A stretch of DNA of 64,000 nt, taken from the NCBI GenBank assembly GCA_001662655.1, contig KV460206.1; one strand, written 5' to 3'. Position numbers and translations under genes: made by a program. Under the pieces are notes generated by a model. The model ran no database searches and was not told the origin of the DNA. It saw only the letters and a program-made list of their open reading frames with translations. The DNA comes from Pseudogymnoascus verrucosus (lineage: Eukaryota). Shown in pieces: positions 1-12,761 of the stretch. How positions within the stretch are numbered: the stretch's first letter is position 1; every line of letters starts with the position of its first letter.

Positions 1-1469
1 TCAATCCCCTGTCCAAGGAAATCCTCAGCACCCCATATCTCCAGACCTTCGACGTTGCATCCTCCCACAACATCTCCCGCCAGGCCTTGTCAAGAACCAA
101 CATCACCAATATCAATGTTGGGCCCAACGCCCACCGCATCTCAGAGCCCCAAGTCACTCACATGCAAATCAGCCACGACGGGTTGTGGTTAGCTACCGTG
201 GATGAATGGCTGCCTCCTCGCCGCGACCTAGAGTACCTAGGCCACTCGACGATTAACCTCGCCGACGAGCAACGCAAGCGTCGCGAAGTTTACCTGAAGT
301 TCTGGCAATGGAGCAAGACCGCCGAGACCTGGGAGTTAGTTTCGCGTATCGACGCCCCTCACACAATGGCGCCCGAGAACTGCGGCGCTGGCCGAATTTT
401 CGACCTCGTCGTAGACCCCAGCTCTCACGCCTTCTCTACTATCGGTGAAGACAGCACTGTCCGCATCTGGCGACCCAAGACGAGGACACGCGATGGCATC
501 GCTGTGCGCGGGAAGGATGGAGAGGCTTTGGTTAGCTGGAGCTGTCGCGCCCAGGTTACGCTGCCGAAACCGGTTTCGGAGGTTGAGGTCACTATTCCTG
601 GCGCTCCGCAAAGACCAGATCACGGATGCCTTGCATTCTCCGAGGATGGCTCCGTCCTCGCGGCTGCATTGACCGGCGGACCCGATGCTGTGATTCACCT
701 CGTCGACCCATCTGTCGGTACCGTCAAATTCTCGCGTCCTACATCATATACCGGCGATATCGTGCGAATGGCGATAGTCTCCCAATACCTCGTCACAGTA
801 GCAGATGAAGTGCGCGTTTACGACATCGTCTCAAACGAGCTTCAATACGGCGTCAAGCTAGGCTCAAGACAACTAGCCCTAACTCTCGAACAAAAGACCG
901 AGATGATCCATCTGAGCGTCGACAGGCAAAGCAAGACCTTCGCCGCTGCCCTCCCATGCAAAGGCAGAGAGAAGGAAGGCGTTCACATCGCAGGCACTCT
1001 GGCCGGGGTATACAGCCAAATCGCTATCTTCGAGGCCGCACGAGCTGTCCCATTAATGGCACAGAGCCTACCACACCTACTTACCGCCCTCGTCCCATCA
1101 GCGAATTCCCCAGGATACGTCACCATCGATGCAGCAGCTGAGATCACGACTATCACCCCCAAGGCAAGCCAGGCGTCTGCAGTGATGGCGCAGTCGATCG
1201 CGGATCTCGGACTCGAGGCTGTGGTTGAGGAGCCAGCTGTGGGACTCATGCAGCTTGTTGAGGAGGCGGAGGCTGAGGAGGAGGATGAGGAGATGGCTGA
1301 TGTTGAGGCGATGGAGGAGGATGCGGATGATGATGGAGCACCGGTTGTTTCGCAGCAGCAGCTTGCGAATATCTTTGACATTGGACCGTCGTTTGCTCTC
1401 CCGCCTATTGAGGAGATGTTCTATCAGGTCGCGGGGCTGTTTTCTGCTAAGCCGATTGGGGTGCAGTGA
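1..1469 (+). CDS. NAN1: WD40-repeat U3 snoRNA-associated protein (Nan1/Utp17/WDR75 family), 5'-truncated by window edge
   Basis: Frame is open from position 3 to TGA at 1469. WD-like motifs (DGLWLATVDEW, YLKFWQW, STIGEDSTVRIW, LAFSEDGSVLA) and an acidic C-terminus ending FALPPIEEMFYQV resemble fungal Utp17. Confidence 0.8.
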   Translation, partial: NPLSKEILSTPYLQTFDVASSHNISRQALSRTNITNINVGPNAHRISEPQVTHMQISHDGLWLATVDEWLPPRRDLEYLGHSTINLADEQRKRREVYLKFWQWSKTAETWELVSRIDAPHTMAPENCGAGRIFDLVVDPSSHAFSTIGEDSTVRIWRPKTRTRDGIAVRGKDGEALVSWSCRAQVTLPKPVSEVEVTIPGAPQRPDHGCLAFSEDGSVLAAALTGGPDAVIHLVDPSVGTVKFSRPTSYTGDIVRMAIVSQYLVTVADEVRVYDIVSNELQYGVKLGSRQLALTLEQKTEMIHLSVDRQSKTFAAALPCKGREKEGVHIAGTLAGVYSQIAIFEAARAVPLMAQSLPHLLTALVPSANSPGYVTIDAAAEITTITPKASQASAVMAQSIADLGLEAVVEEPAVGLMQLVEEAEAEEEDEEMADVEAMEEDADDDGAPVVSQQQLANIFDIGPSFALPPIEEMFYQVAGLFSAKPIGVQ

Positions 1470-1843
1470 GCGGGGGGGTGTGTTCTAGGTTGTTCGGATT
1501 TTGTTACATAGCGAGGAGTACTTTCTTGTCTAGCAGGGCACTGCTGTAGAGTTTTGAATGGAATGAACATTCAACTACACTTGAACGATGCCACTGGTTT
1601 GATACTGTTGCCCCTTTTGTGAAAAATGTAGCACGTGATGATAAGAGGAATGACGCCTTACCCCGCGTCTATGGCTCGGCGTCGCCCTTAGTTTACAACC
1701 GCGGTTTAACAATGTAAAGCCGGGGGAGCACACGCTCCTTCTCTTCTTCATACTCTTCATCTTTCCTCTAATTGCTTCATATTGTACGCGTAGCTTGGTG
1801 ACAACTTCTGACGACACCTGCATCTGTGCACACAAACCCGAGA

Positions 1844-3216
1844 ATGTCGTCGTTCAGCTCGATCCCCATCCTCGACCTCTCGCTGGCACGGGACCCAGAG
1901 ACGAAACCTAAGTTCCTGGAGGAGCTGAGGCATGCATTGCTTGAGGTTGGGTTTTTGTATTTGAAGAATGTGGGGATTCCGGAGGAGTTGACGGAGAGGG
2001 TTATTAAGGAGGGGGTGGGGTTCTTTGATATTCCGTTGGAGGAGAAGTAGGTGCCATCTCTTATGTCTCGTTTTTCTTCCTCTCTATACTTGTGCGGATT
2101 GAATATTTCAAGGGGGGCTGTGGATTTGACAGCATGACTTCCTATGGGTGAGCGTTCGTGGTCTCTCCAGGCTGTGGTTATCATATCACGGGTCTCAATA
2201 AGAGCTCACAGCATATGAACCTAGGCAGAAGCGAGCTCACAGCTACTCTCAAGACGCAATTGAACCTATACTAACCCCACCGCAGACTCAAAATCGAAAT
2301 GAAAACCGCCGCCTCCTTCCTAGGCTACTCCCGCCTCGACGCCGAAACCACCGCCCACTCCACCGACCACCGCGAACAAATCGACATCTCCACGCCTCAC
2401 CCCCTCCCCCTCCCCACCGCCCCCCTCTACCACAACCTGCTCGCCCCCAACCTCTGGCCCTCCCCCTCGCTCCTCCCTGCCTTCCGCGCCACCTTCGAAG
2501 ACTACATGTCCCGCATGGGCGCCATCTCCATGTTCTTCACCACTCTAATCGCCGAAGCCATCGGCCTCCCTCCCAATGCATTCGCGCACTACTTCGATGC
2601 CTCGCAGCAGCACAAGCTGAAGATTGTGAAATACCCCGATCTCGCCGAGCTGGGGATCAAAGGGGAAGGGCAGGGTGTTGGGCCGCATAAGGATTCCATG
2701 CTGAGTAGTTACCTGCTTCAAGCATCAGAGCATAGGGGGTTGCAGGTGCAGAATACGGCGGGGGAGTGGGTTGACTGTCCGCCGATTGCAGGGACGCTTG
2801 TTGTTGCTATCGGGCAGGGGATGGAGGCCTTAACGGGGGGCGTGTGTACGTCAACCACGCATCGCGTATTATCCCCCCCTCCGGGGACGGGGGCGCGGTA
2901 CTCGATCCCCTTCTTTCAGGGTGTGAGTTACGATGCGACGTTTGAGAGCATGGCGATCCCTGCAGAGCTGAAGGAGTTGAGGAGGCAGGTGCTGGAGAGG
3001 AATGGGGGGAGGTTGGATGATGTGGAGTTTACGTTTAAGACGGGGAAATACAAGCATTTGGGGGAGGCGACGCTGATGAATAGGGTTAAGAGCCATCCGG
3101 ATGTGGGGGAGAGATGGTATCCGGGGTTGTTGAGGCAGATTAGAGAGGATCAGGCGAGTGAGAGGGAGGAGAAGGAGGGGGGGGTGGCGAGGGGGGAAGC
3201 TGTGGAGGCGAGTTAG
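1844..3216 (+). CDS. 2-oxoglutarate/Fe(II)-dependent oxygenase (IPNS-like, DIOX_N + 2OG-FeII_Oxy); exons 1844-2046, 2286-3216
   Basis: IPILDLS...VGFLYLKN N-terminal motif, HKD...H iron triad (GPHKDS, STTHRV) and RYS motif. Intron GTAGGT...CTAAC...CAG joins the two ORFs in frame. Confidence 0.9.
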
Positions 3217-3542
3217 AGGGGTAGAGTTGGGAGTCGGTTCCTTGAAATAGATGGCCTTGTCCCCACTATCATCCACTTCTCATATATGCATCCGGCGCAC
3301 TCAGTCGTCAAGAGATAGATAGCACATGGAATCGTAACCCAAACGGTATATCATAGCCTCGTTCAACTCGTCTCATCTAATACCACCAGACGCCCCGAGA
3401 GCGCCTATCGCTGCCGTAAAAATCAAAATGTGTGATGTTCCTCCCATCTCCCTCGTCGCACCCAACCAAGCCTTCCTTCATTTTCGTATCTCCTCCCAGT
3501 GTATACCCCTCCCTCCACGCTTATCATGTCGACAATCCTCGT

Positions 3543-4027
3543 TTATGCGACAACAAAGTTCGGGAAGCACTCCGGCAGCGTCTTGCTATGCTTATTCGTG
3601 GCATGCTCCGTCAGCGCCGGCGCACGACTCGTCTTCAGGAAAGTCGCCTTGCAGATATTGCACTGGACATCCATAGCCTGCTCGTTCTGCCGTATTGCCG
3701 TTCATGTCAGCATCATCACTCAGCAAAAAAAAGTCTACACCCAACCCTTTTCGCCAGATCAGGTCACGGCGCCTCCCACCCTCGCGTGGTTGTTGCGCAC
3801 TGGACTCTCCCAGGTACGAGGAGCGGGGATGGGGTCACACGGGGTCGAAGCGGCATGTGGACATCATGTGGCTGAACTTACGACTTTCTTCTGAGACTTT
3901 GCGGCGGGCTTGGCGTCTTTGGCTGCGCGTTCGCGCTTGCTCGCTGCCTTGGCTCCCTGAGAGGTTTTTTGATCAGCGACGGTGCGCAAGGTGGTTGGGG
4001 GTTATGTCTTACGTTTCCTCCACCCAT
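3543..4027 (-). CDS. Small ZNF706/At2g23090 (DUF1909)-like zinc-binding protein, 77 aa; exons 4027-4013, 3956-3882, 3686-3543
   Basis: Hand-spliced product MGGGNGAKAASKRERAAKDAKPAAKSQKKVNEQAMDVQCNICKATFLKTSRAPALTEHATNKHSKTLPECFPNFVVA. It has canonical GTAAG donors, CAG acceptors and a CxxC...H...H finger. Absent from the ORF track. Confidence 0.9.
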
Positions 4028-5061
4028 ATTTGCGGATTCGAGTAAGTTGAGACTTGGTGGTGATCTTTGTAGCTGAGAGATGTGTAGAGGGTGGCGCGTG
4101 GAGGTGGTGAGGAGGTGGGAATTCTTTTTTTGGGGGAGGGGAAAATCAAATTATTCGTAGATGGAGGGGGGAGGGAGAAATCCCGGATCGCCCCGCACTA
4201 ATGGAATCTGTCAATCAATCAGGACAAGGACATGGTCAGGTCACAGGTTCTCATTCTCGCCAGGGCCGATGCGGCCGCCTGAGTTCCGCTAAGTTGTCCG
4301 CTAAGTGTCTGCTAAGTCCGCCCCTGGAAAGGCTGGAAGGTCGCGTAGAGAGAGCCTGGAGCAACCACTAACTTTCTGCTAAAACCACTAACATCCACTA
4401 ACTTTCTCTAAACGAGTTAAGTACCTTTACTACTGCAATTTGCTACAAAGGGTACATTGACAAACTATTGTTTTTGGCAGGTCCACGCTAAAGCACTCTA
4501 TTGCCCACTAACTTGTCTATCCCCCCACGGGCTCGGAGGATCTTTGTTGTCTTTCGGCCTGTTTTTGTCTCTCTTGTCCTGTCTTGTCTCTGTCTCTCTC
4601 ATGTCTCTTGTGCCTCTCTCGTGTCTCTAACATCAGAATCAACATGAAAAAAAAGTGACTTAAAACCCAAAAATAACAAAGTGACATAGATGGAATTAAT
4701 CGGCAAGAATCCCATTGTTTAAATAGTGGCATCTGCCTTCCACCTTCCACGTTCACGTGTGTTACTCGTATTTTCGCGAAGGCGCGCAAGAGAACAAGCC
4801 GAACCAAGCACGACCGACCCCCATTCACCAACAGCCGGAGGTATGCCCGCGCAATATCTATACCCCATCTCAGCTCGCTCCTCTTCCAGTATCACCTCCC
4901 TCTAATTGGGCAAGAAAACACACCTGCCAAAAACATTCGAGCTATACAGCTATCTATCTATCTATCTATCAGCGACAGCCACGAAGCTGCTTGTTCGACA
5001 AGGCTGACGCTGACGCTGACGTCTGACCGACCCCACCAACCCAACCCCCATCAATCAAATC

Positions 5062-6735
5062 ATGTTGCTGCCAGAGACCATCACAGCAGCGCAGTTCGAC
5101 AGCACGCTCCTGTGCTACCCTGCGCTGCTCAAGGCGCTGTCAGCGAGTAAGACCGGTACGTGCGCGCCCATGCTGCCGACCCTGGGCAGTAGGTGCAGCG
5201 ATGAGATAACGCGGCTGTGAGATTGAGCTGACGCGCTGTTTTTGCCGGGATTGCAGTCAAGGGAGATGCGGAGAGTCTGGAGGAGCTCGATTGGTTTCGC
5301 TTTATGAGCGCGCCGAATCGGTATATGAAGAGGGAGGGCGATAAGAGGGATGTGCCGCTCGACAGGGAGGATGTGGTGAGGTTGGTGAAGTGGAAGTTGT
5401 AGGTACTTTTCTGTTTGTTATCATGGCGATTCCCCGCATGGCGTCATTTTTTGGTGTTTGCCATCGTTTCTATGTATGTGAGCATCTCTATGAGAGGAGT
5501 GGTCGGTCACATTGTCTGTTTCGTTATTCTCGCGTTGTTTTGTTTCCAGTCCTGCCTTTCAAGTCCTCTTTCACCCTCGTCACCACAGCGCGACCACATC
5601 GCGACCACAGCTTCTTGATTTCTCATCTCACAACTCACAACTCCCACCTACCATCAAACCTCTCCTAACACCCTCCCCCAGAAAACATGGCAAATTCCGC
5701 CCCAACCTCCTCAAGCTCGTCTCAGGCAACAGCCCCCAAGGCGTCGCCTCCACCTCCCTCGCCGCCTTCGCCATGAAAGACAACATCTCCGCCATCCGCA
5801 CCATGTCTCTCCTCTCCGGCGTCGGTCCCGCCACCGCCTCCCTCCTCCTCTCCGTCCACGACCCCGACAACGTGATTTTCTTCTCCGATGAGGCGTATCG
5901 CTGGCTCGTCTGCGGGGGGAAGGAACAGAGTATCAAGTATAGTTTGAAAGAGTATGAGCAGCTCGAGGTGCGCGCTAAGGAACTCATGGAACGACTCGGT
6001 GTCGGCGCGAGGGAGGTAGAACGAACAGCCTTTGTTATCATGCGCGGAGGCGCCGAGGAACTCAAACCCGAATCCGCGGCTTCAATCCAAAATTCCAGAA
6101 TCACGCCCTCTCAGCGCCGAAAATCAAACGAAGATTCCGCACCACCAGAACGCACCTCCAGCCACCCCACACCACATAAATCAAAATCAACACCCACCCT
6201 CAAACCCAACAAGACGACATCCAGCGAGTCTCTTTCAGCGCGGAAACCACGCCCTCCCCGGCCTAAACTCCCGGAGTCCGAGATCCCCGACCCCAAAACC
6301 CTAGCACGTCGCGCGTCCCAACGCCTCCGCGACGCTAACCCGCCGCCACCCTGTCCAGAACGCCCGCGCACAACGGAAGAAAAGCTCGAGACCGTGCTAG
6401 AGGATCTAAAATGCAAAGGCGCCGCGCTAGCGCGAGTAGTCAGCCCACCACCATTACGAAACCGGCGGTTCTCGCGCGTTGGGGGGGAGGAAGGGTGTAA
6501 AGGTATGATGGAGAAACTGGACGAAGAAGAGCAGAAAGTCGAGGGTGAAGTTGGGAATGCGCCGTTGTTGGGGAAGAGGGATGGGTCGCCGAAGGAGAAG
6601 GGGAAGGGAGGGGAGGAGAAAGGGGAGGCGGGGAAGAGGGTTAGGAGGGGACGGTCGAGGAGGAGCGAGGAGGGCGATCCGGAGAAGGTGGGGTGTAAGG
6701 CGGGGTGTTTGGGGATGTTGGGACGGCAGGGGTGA
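5062..6735 (+). CDS. Conserved Amun-like / HhH DNA-glycosylase-fold hypothetical protein with low-complexity basic C-terminal tail; exons 5062-5155, 5257-5398, 5682-6735
   Basis: Spliced motifs SLEELDWFRF, LVKWKLKHGKFRPNLLKLVSGN, LSGVGPATASLLLSV (HhH-like) and FFSDEAY. All splice sites are canonical and preserve frame. Confidence 0.75.
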
Positions 6736-7039
6736 TTGTGAGGGTTGTAATGGGGGCGGGGGGGAGAGGGGGGGAGGTTATGAGATCCCCCCCTTGGGAT
6801 GGATGAGAGATGATGTGATGATGGGATGGGAATATACACGCATGGAGCAATGTAATTATTAGATGGCTTTTTTTTTTACGCACACAAACGGCCCGGTTCT
6901 GGGAAGGGGTGTTGGCGCTGGAAGGGGGGGTGGGAAATGGGCATATGAGTGAGGAGTGGGAATGGGCGGGGTTGTGGTGGTGGTGTGTTTAACCTCTGTA
7001 GCAATGTAATGAGACTTATACGCTGACTTCTTGAATGTC

Positions 7040-8135
7040 CAACAACATGCATCTGCCGAAGAATTGAGGATTGAGACCGGCCTAGAACGAGACCTCCTAA
7101 GTTTCCAACATGTATCCGCTGAGGAATGGAGACTGGCCCAGAAACAGATCCCTCAAAATCTCTGACATGCATCCGCTGAAGAATGAAGACTGGCTTAGAA
7201 AGAGACCCCCTTAAGTTTCCAACATGCATCCGCTGAAGAATAGAGACCGGCTCGTAACAAGAACGAGAACCCTTAATTCTCCAACACGCATCCGCTGAAG
7301 GATTAATGATCTGAACCATGTAGACCAGCCCATAAACAGGCCTCCTGCTCCCAACGTGCATCCGCTGAAATATAGACTGGCCCATACAGAGACCCCCTAA
7401 GTTTCCAACATGTATCTGCTGAAGAATATAGACCAGCCCGTAAAGAGACCCCCTAAATTTCCAACACGCATCCGTCGAAGGATGTAGACTGGCCCTTAGA
7501 CAGATCCCCTATAATCTCTGACGTGTATCCGCTGAAGAATATAGAGCGGCCCGTAACGAGAGAGCTCCTAAATCTCCAACATGCATCCGCCGATGAATGG
7601 AGACTGGCCCTTAAACAGACCCCATCATACACTCTCCAACATGCATCCTCTGAATAATAATTAATCTGTAGCATGTAACCAACAACATGACGTATAAACC
7701 GACCACCCCATCCCTAACATGCATCCGCTGAGGAATTGGTGATCTTTACCGGCCTAGAATCAGACCCCCTAAATCTCCAACATGCATTTGCTGAATAATA
7801 TAGAGCGGCCCATAAACAGGCCCCCTAAATTCCCAACATACAGCCGCTGAAAAACCGGTTCTGTATGTACCATGTAGACCGACCCATAAACAGACCTCCT
7901 ATTCCCAACATGCATCCGCTGAAGAATTGATGATCTGTACGTTATAGACCGGCCCATAATCAGACCTCCTATTCCCAACTGCATCCGCTGAAGAATTAAT
8001 GATCTGAACCTTGTAGACCGGCCCATAATCAGACCTGATATTCCCAACATGCATCCGCTGAAGAATAACTACTCTATATCATGTAACGCAACCCATAAAC
8101 CGACCCCCTAATCCCCAACATGCATCAGCTAAATC
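7040..8135. repeat. Degenerate tandem array, about 18 units of 55-80 bp, core CCAACATGCATCCGCTGAAGAAT
   Basis: Core visible at about 7044, 7105, 7164, 7219, 7281, 7352, 7406, 7461, 7520, 7576, 7636, 7715, 7776, 7833, 7905, 7975, 8044 and 8115. A second motif AGACCGGCCCRTAA..AGACCCCTAA lies between cores. Confidence 0.95.
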
Positions 8136-11100
8136 ATCACGTGAACCCCCCCCAGCCCCTGAGCCATCCCATCCTCACCTCGGACCACACCCCTTTTTGG
8201 CGCCAACACCGGCTACGAAATAGAGTATGCAACACCCTTAATATCCGCAAGGCATATTCTCCGCCCCAGCGCCCGAACCCACCTCTCGCAAAAGTCCCGC
8301 TCCTACTACCTACCTACACCCACTGGTGCCTGACCGACGGCCGCAGACGCAGACGCAGCCACCCTGCCTTCGCTCACGCGATCCCGCGCGCCCAGCGCTG
8401 CAAACACGACATGCGTTCCTCAGCCTAGCTAGTCCGCTTGGACAAACAGACAAACAACCGCGTCGAGACGAGTCGATTCGGTCAAGGGCGCGGCGAGCTG
8501 CAGCGGGATCACCAACACCGATGCACACACACGCACACGCACGCACGGCAATGATCCAACCGCGCCACGCCGCTCTGGGATTCCCTTCTGGGACAGCCCT
8601 TTACGCCGACCTTTCTAGGGTCACCACCTCTGGGATGACACTTCCAGACTCGCGCGCGGGGGCGAGATACCGGAAGCGAGTTTCCGCGCGCCCCAGGCGA
8701 GAGGGCAGCAGCGGCACTTGCTTGCCTGCCAGCTGGCGTAGGGCGCAGTGGGGCGGAGGGACAGCGCGCTGCTGCGCCAGGAGGCACGCAGCCGCGAGGC
8801 CTAGGGCAGGCCGGGGATGCAGAGGGCATGTCCGGGGGGGGGGTGAAGCTTAAGTGGTTCCAACAGCGGCGGTCGGAGGAGGGCTGTTTGTGTGTTAGCG
8901 GGGCGGTGGGGGGGGCAAGCGTCGGGGGGCCGAGGGGAGGGAGGGCGGTGGAGGTGTGTCTAGGGGGAGGTTGTGGCGATCACGGAGATCACGCTGGTGC
9001 GTTGTTGCTGGCGTGGAAAATGTCGTGGGGGCCAAGGGGATGGGGGCTTGTGGTGCTGCTGGCTGTGTGTGCCTGTGAGGGCGGTCACGGGGGTGGAGAG
9101 GGATGTGGTAATGCAGGAGGGTTGCAGTTGGGGCGGGCGACGCGGGAATCGGGTCATCAATGGTCGCATAGTCGGCCGGGGGCTCCGCTATGGCTTGACG
9201 CGCGTGCGAGCGAGCGAGCCGTTGTGCGTTGTTGGACGGGGGAGGCCTGGGGGTTGGTTTTGTGTTTTTCAACGGCGCTTAGGAGACGCATGTCATTCGC
9301 GAAGCCGGCACAAACTTTTTGGACCTCGCCGGAAAAAGAAAGGGACGTGTCACTTTCTTTATTTGTCGGTAGCGGCGGTGTTTGCGTGAATGGCGTCTCG
9401 GATTTCGGATTTCCATGTCTGTCGAAATTCCCGCTTCCTTCGATATAGATACAGTTAATTTTGGGGCATATTTATATTTATAATGCCACGGTTTTGCGGT
9501 CGTTTGTGCCGCCTGGGTGATCAGCAGCCAGTCAGCAGCCATCCGCAAAACTTAGATTAACCGTTACCGTTGAACGTCAACCTTTCTGCTGTTGGATGCG
9601 CAACAATCAGCGAGCCGTTCAACCCTTGAGCTGACAGACCCATTTAATTGCGACCACTAACATTGGCAAGTACTATAGCAGATCAGACCATAATAATGTC
9701 GCGTTTATGAACCTGGTCGTCAGACGCCAGGCATGCACAGCTGTGGGGTGGAGGCGAGGATGTTGAAACATGGATCCGCACGAAATTCACAGTAGGAGCA
9801 TCTCCCCAGGGAAGGAACCGACGTTGCTTGGCCCCAAGAGGACCCTAGGGGAAGCGAGCTGAGGTGTCGCCGGACAACTGCATATGGAGTGGAGTGTGCG
9901 ATGTTTCTGTGCCGTGCTGCGGCAGAGTAGGGGGATCTCCGGAATCAGAGAGGTGGCGGCCTCGCTCCGTCCGTCGTCAGTCTATCAGCCGGCCCCTCCA
10001 CATGTGTATGGGAGCGGGGGTCTTGCAACTGTTGCGTTTTTGGCCCCCGCCAGTAAACGAGGTGTTGCAAACACGAGATGGGACGTCGTCCGCGTTATTG
10101 TGCCACTAACTGATCGCCCACCTGCGGTCCAGCCGTTTGATGCTTGCACGCTTGGCCAGGGACAGGGGAAAGCTCTTGAGAGTGCTTAGAGCGGCCATCA
10201 TTGGAAAGGGGGGGCTATCACGGTATGTGTTGAGTGACCCCGGGGATTTCAGTTTGCTCGCATTGTTGGAATGATGCAGTGCCGGCCGGGCATGCTACCT
10301 GTCATGTCGTCGTCGCCCTTGCGTCCTTCCACGCCAGGGACTGAAAACTACCAACCCAGTAATCTAAAAAATCTCGAGTTTCACAAACAAAAGGCGTAGA
10401 TGGCTCAAGATTGAGGGATCTCCATATAACGGCTTTCGTGCGTGGGCCGTAAGCCATGCGGCCACGGTTCGGACCTTTTGATGCGAAGAATGCAACCAAC
10501 AACATATGCCTCGTAACCGTCTGTTGGATGAAGATGTCACCGGCAGCCAATAGTAGAGTCACCAAGTGATGCTTTATCAAGTCAATAACGGACATTTACG
10601 CCGTCCTTGCACGTCGATTGGGGGTCAGAGACGAGAGAAGTAACGCCCAAGTACCATGGGTTTCTTCCGTGACGCGGTCTGGTGAGCGTTGACAAGGTAT
10701 GGAGAAGAGATGAGAAGGGGTCGTCTTGTCACACTGCGAGATCTCCGCCGGGTGCAGGCTTCCCCCTTCCAGGGGGGGGGGGGGCAGAATACCTAGTCCC
10801 GTACTTTGAAGTACGAGCATCTGCGGAAGTCTAGCCGTCTCTGGCTGGAGTTGTTGGTAAGAGCTTACCATGTCGAGAAAGGTCGTTGGTGAGGAGAGGC
10901 AGACGAGGAGGGGGGAAGGAGGTTCTAAGCGCCGCGATCGAGGAGCAGCTAATAGGAACGCACATGGCACCCTTGGCCTGGCATCATGGGTCAGCCGCGA
11001 AGCGTCGAGGTGGCGAGATCCCGGAGGGTATATCAGAAGTATTAGGAGAAGTACCTGGGCAATATCGGTTGAAAGAAGACGTGTGGAATGTTTGTTGTCC

Positions 11101-11674
11101 CAGCCACAGTGACCAGTTTTGAAGGCCTGGCATGAGGCCGGGAATGTCCAGCATAGAACATACATATGCAGCTGCATATCGCCCAGCGTTACATCGCCCG
11201 GATGCTCGCTCTGGCTCTAGGAAGGCGCACCTGGCTCGATCGTCCGAGCGAAGAATCTATCGTTCTTGCTGTATTTGGCGAGTGAGAGGGAATGAGAGGG
11301 AAGGGAAGGATAAAATAATAGAAATAATAGGAATTAAAATTAAAATACCGTAAAATACCGTGAAATAAAATACAAATGATTTATGTGGGATGCTGCATGT
11401 CCGAGACGAGTCGGGGAGACCGTGGAGTACATTACCTACAATGATAGTCGATATTCATGCTGTTTGTTGTCTCTGTTCGCAGTGCAGTGCATTTGAGTGC
11501 AGCAGTAGAGTGCAGTAGAGTACATTAAAGCAGCAGTAGCCTGACTGTTCCATTCCCCGGTTCTCTATAGTAAGTTAGTGCTGTTAGTTAGTACTGTTAC
11601 AGTATTGTTTAGTGCTGTTAATTGCTGTTAGTGCTACTAGTATAGTGAATGTGGTATGTGCTGTTAGTGGATAG

Positions 11675-11708
11675 ACGGGGTGAGGACGGGGTGAGGACGG
11701 GGTGAGGA
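11675..11708. repeat. 11-bp tandem repeat (GACGGGGTGAG)x3
   Basis: Seen directly. Confidence 0.85.
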
Positions 11709-12761
11709 GTACCTGGTTTCTTGGCGACAATGAGCTCTAGGAGTGGCTCCGTCTCTTTATTATACCCCTACAACTATTCGTCCCTCTCTTTCTCCTCCTC
11801 CACTATCCCACATTGAACAACCAACTACCCCCATATACTACTGCCTACTACTGTCATCCTTCCCTGACACTGCAGACTATCATTCCTCTGATACTCTTCT
11901 CTTATTCGACTATCCTCCTCCATCAATACATCCACTCACTACCTGGCCTCTTTGCCAACAACCTTATCGGCTTTCAATTATTTCTGCCCTAAAAAGGCAT
12001 TCCATGTACAAATACTACCCATATACTTACAAGGTCCTCCATGTCCACACTTGTGTGCTTCTTCCTCCATTTTCCCTTTTACAGTACTCTCCCTGGGGGC
12101 TGATTGATATATTATCTCAACCCGTTGGAACCTACCCTACTACATACATAGCCTTGCGTGATAATATCAATGGCTGCATCTAACTCCTCATTTCATTCAT
12201 CACATTGGCACTAAGAACTTGAGAGACAAACAACCACCAATAAGGCACACGGCCGTTGGACAGGACAGGCATATTTCTCATCGACGCACTCTACAACATC
12301 CATCCCACAGGCATGGCAAACAACTACACGGACTGAATTCATACAGACCAATACCCGGCCCCTCGGAATGCAGGGAAATACCTTATAAACCAAACCATTG
12401 TCTCCTCTGAATTCATGTTCTCGTTCGACCATTTCGAACGAAGATAAATATCTCGTCCAACCTTCTCTTAAGGTTCCCATCCTCAAAGCAAACCCGCGAG
12501 CTCACCACCACTGCACATATCCAAATCGGTAGACCGCGAATAATATCATATAGTACGTATAATTCCCATGCTCTCAAACTACCATGGCTCCTACTTCAGG
12601 ATGGGCGAAGTCAACCGTTTCAAACTCCTCCCGTTGCCCAGAAGATTCTAACGTTGTCCAGCTCGAACCTACTCAGCTCGCACCACTCTCAGCAGCCCAC
12701 CTTCACACATATCGCCGAACCTGCACATCCAGGTCCAAGGCTCAGAGTAGAAATCATCGAT

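Noticed and set aside
3735..3775. TPP-riboswitch-like GACCTGATCTGGCGAAAAGG in an intron
   Set aside because: It lacks the P5 TAAT loop and a correctly placed upstream CTGAGA, and the host gene is unrelated to thiamine.
4285..4410. Short CYGCTAAGT and CCACTAAC repeats (also simple repeats near 4950, 5003 and 21723)
   Set aside because: These are simple slippage repeats with no evidence of function or element termini.
6876..8050. Minus-strand ORFs with repeated ILQRMHVG
   Set aside because: These are a by-product of the DNA satellite. Frame is not maintained across units and stops are frequent.
7040..8135. CRISPR array interpretation
   Set aside because: The context is eukaryotic, the repeats are degenerate, the linkers are homologous to each other and variable in length, and there are no cas genes.
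8120..9548. Several overlapping GC-rich ORFs on both strands
   Set aside because: The translations are low-complexity with no recognisable domain and are explained by GC content.
10596..11353. Protein-like fragments suggesting a decayed gene
   Set aside because: No family motif was recognised, so this needs BLASTx.
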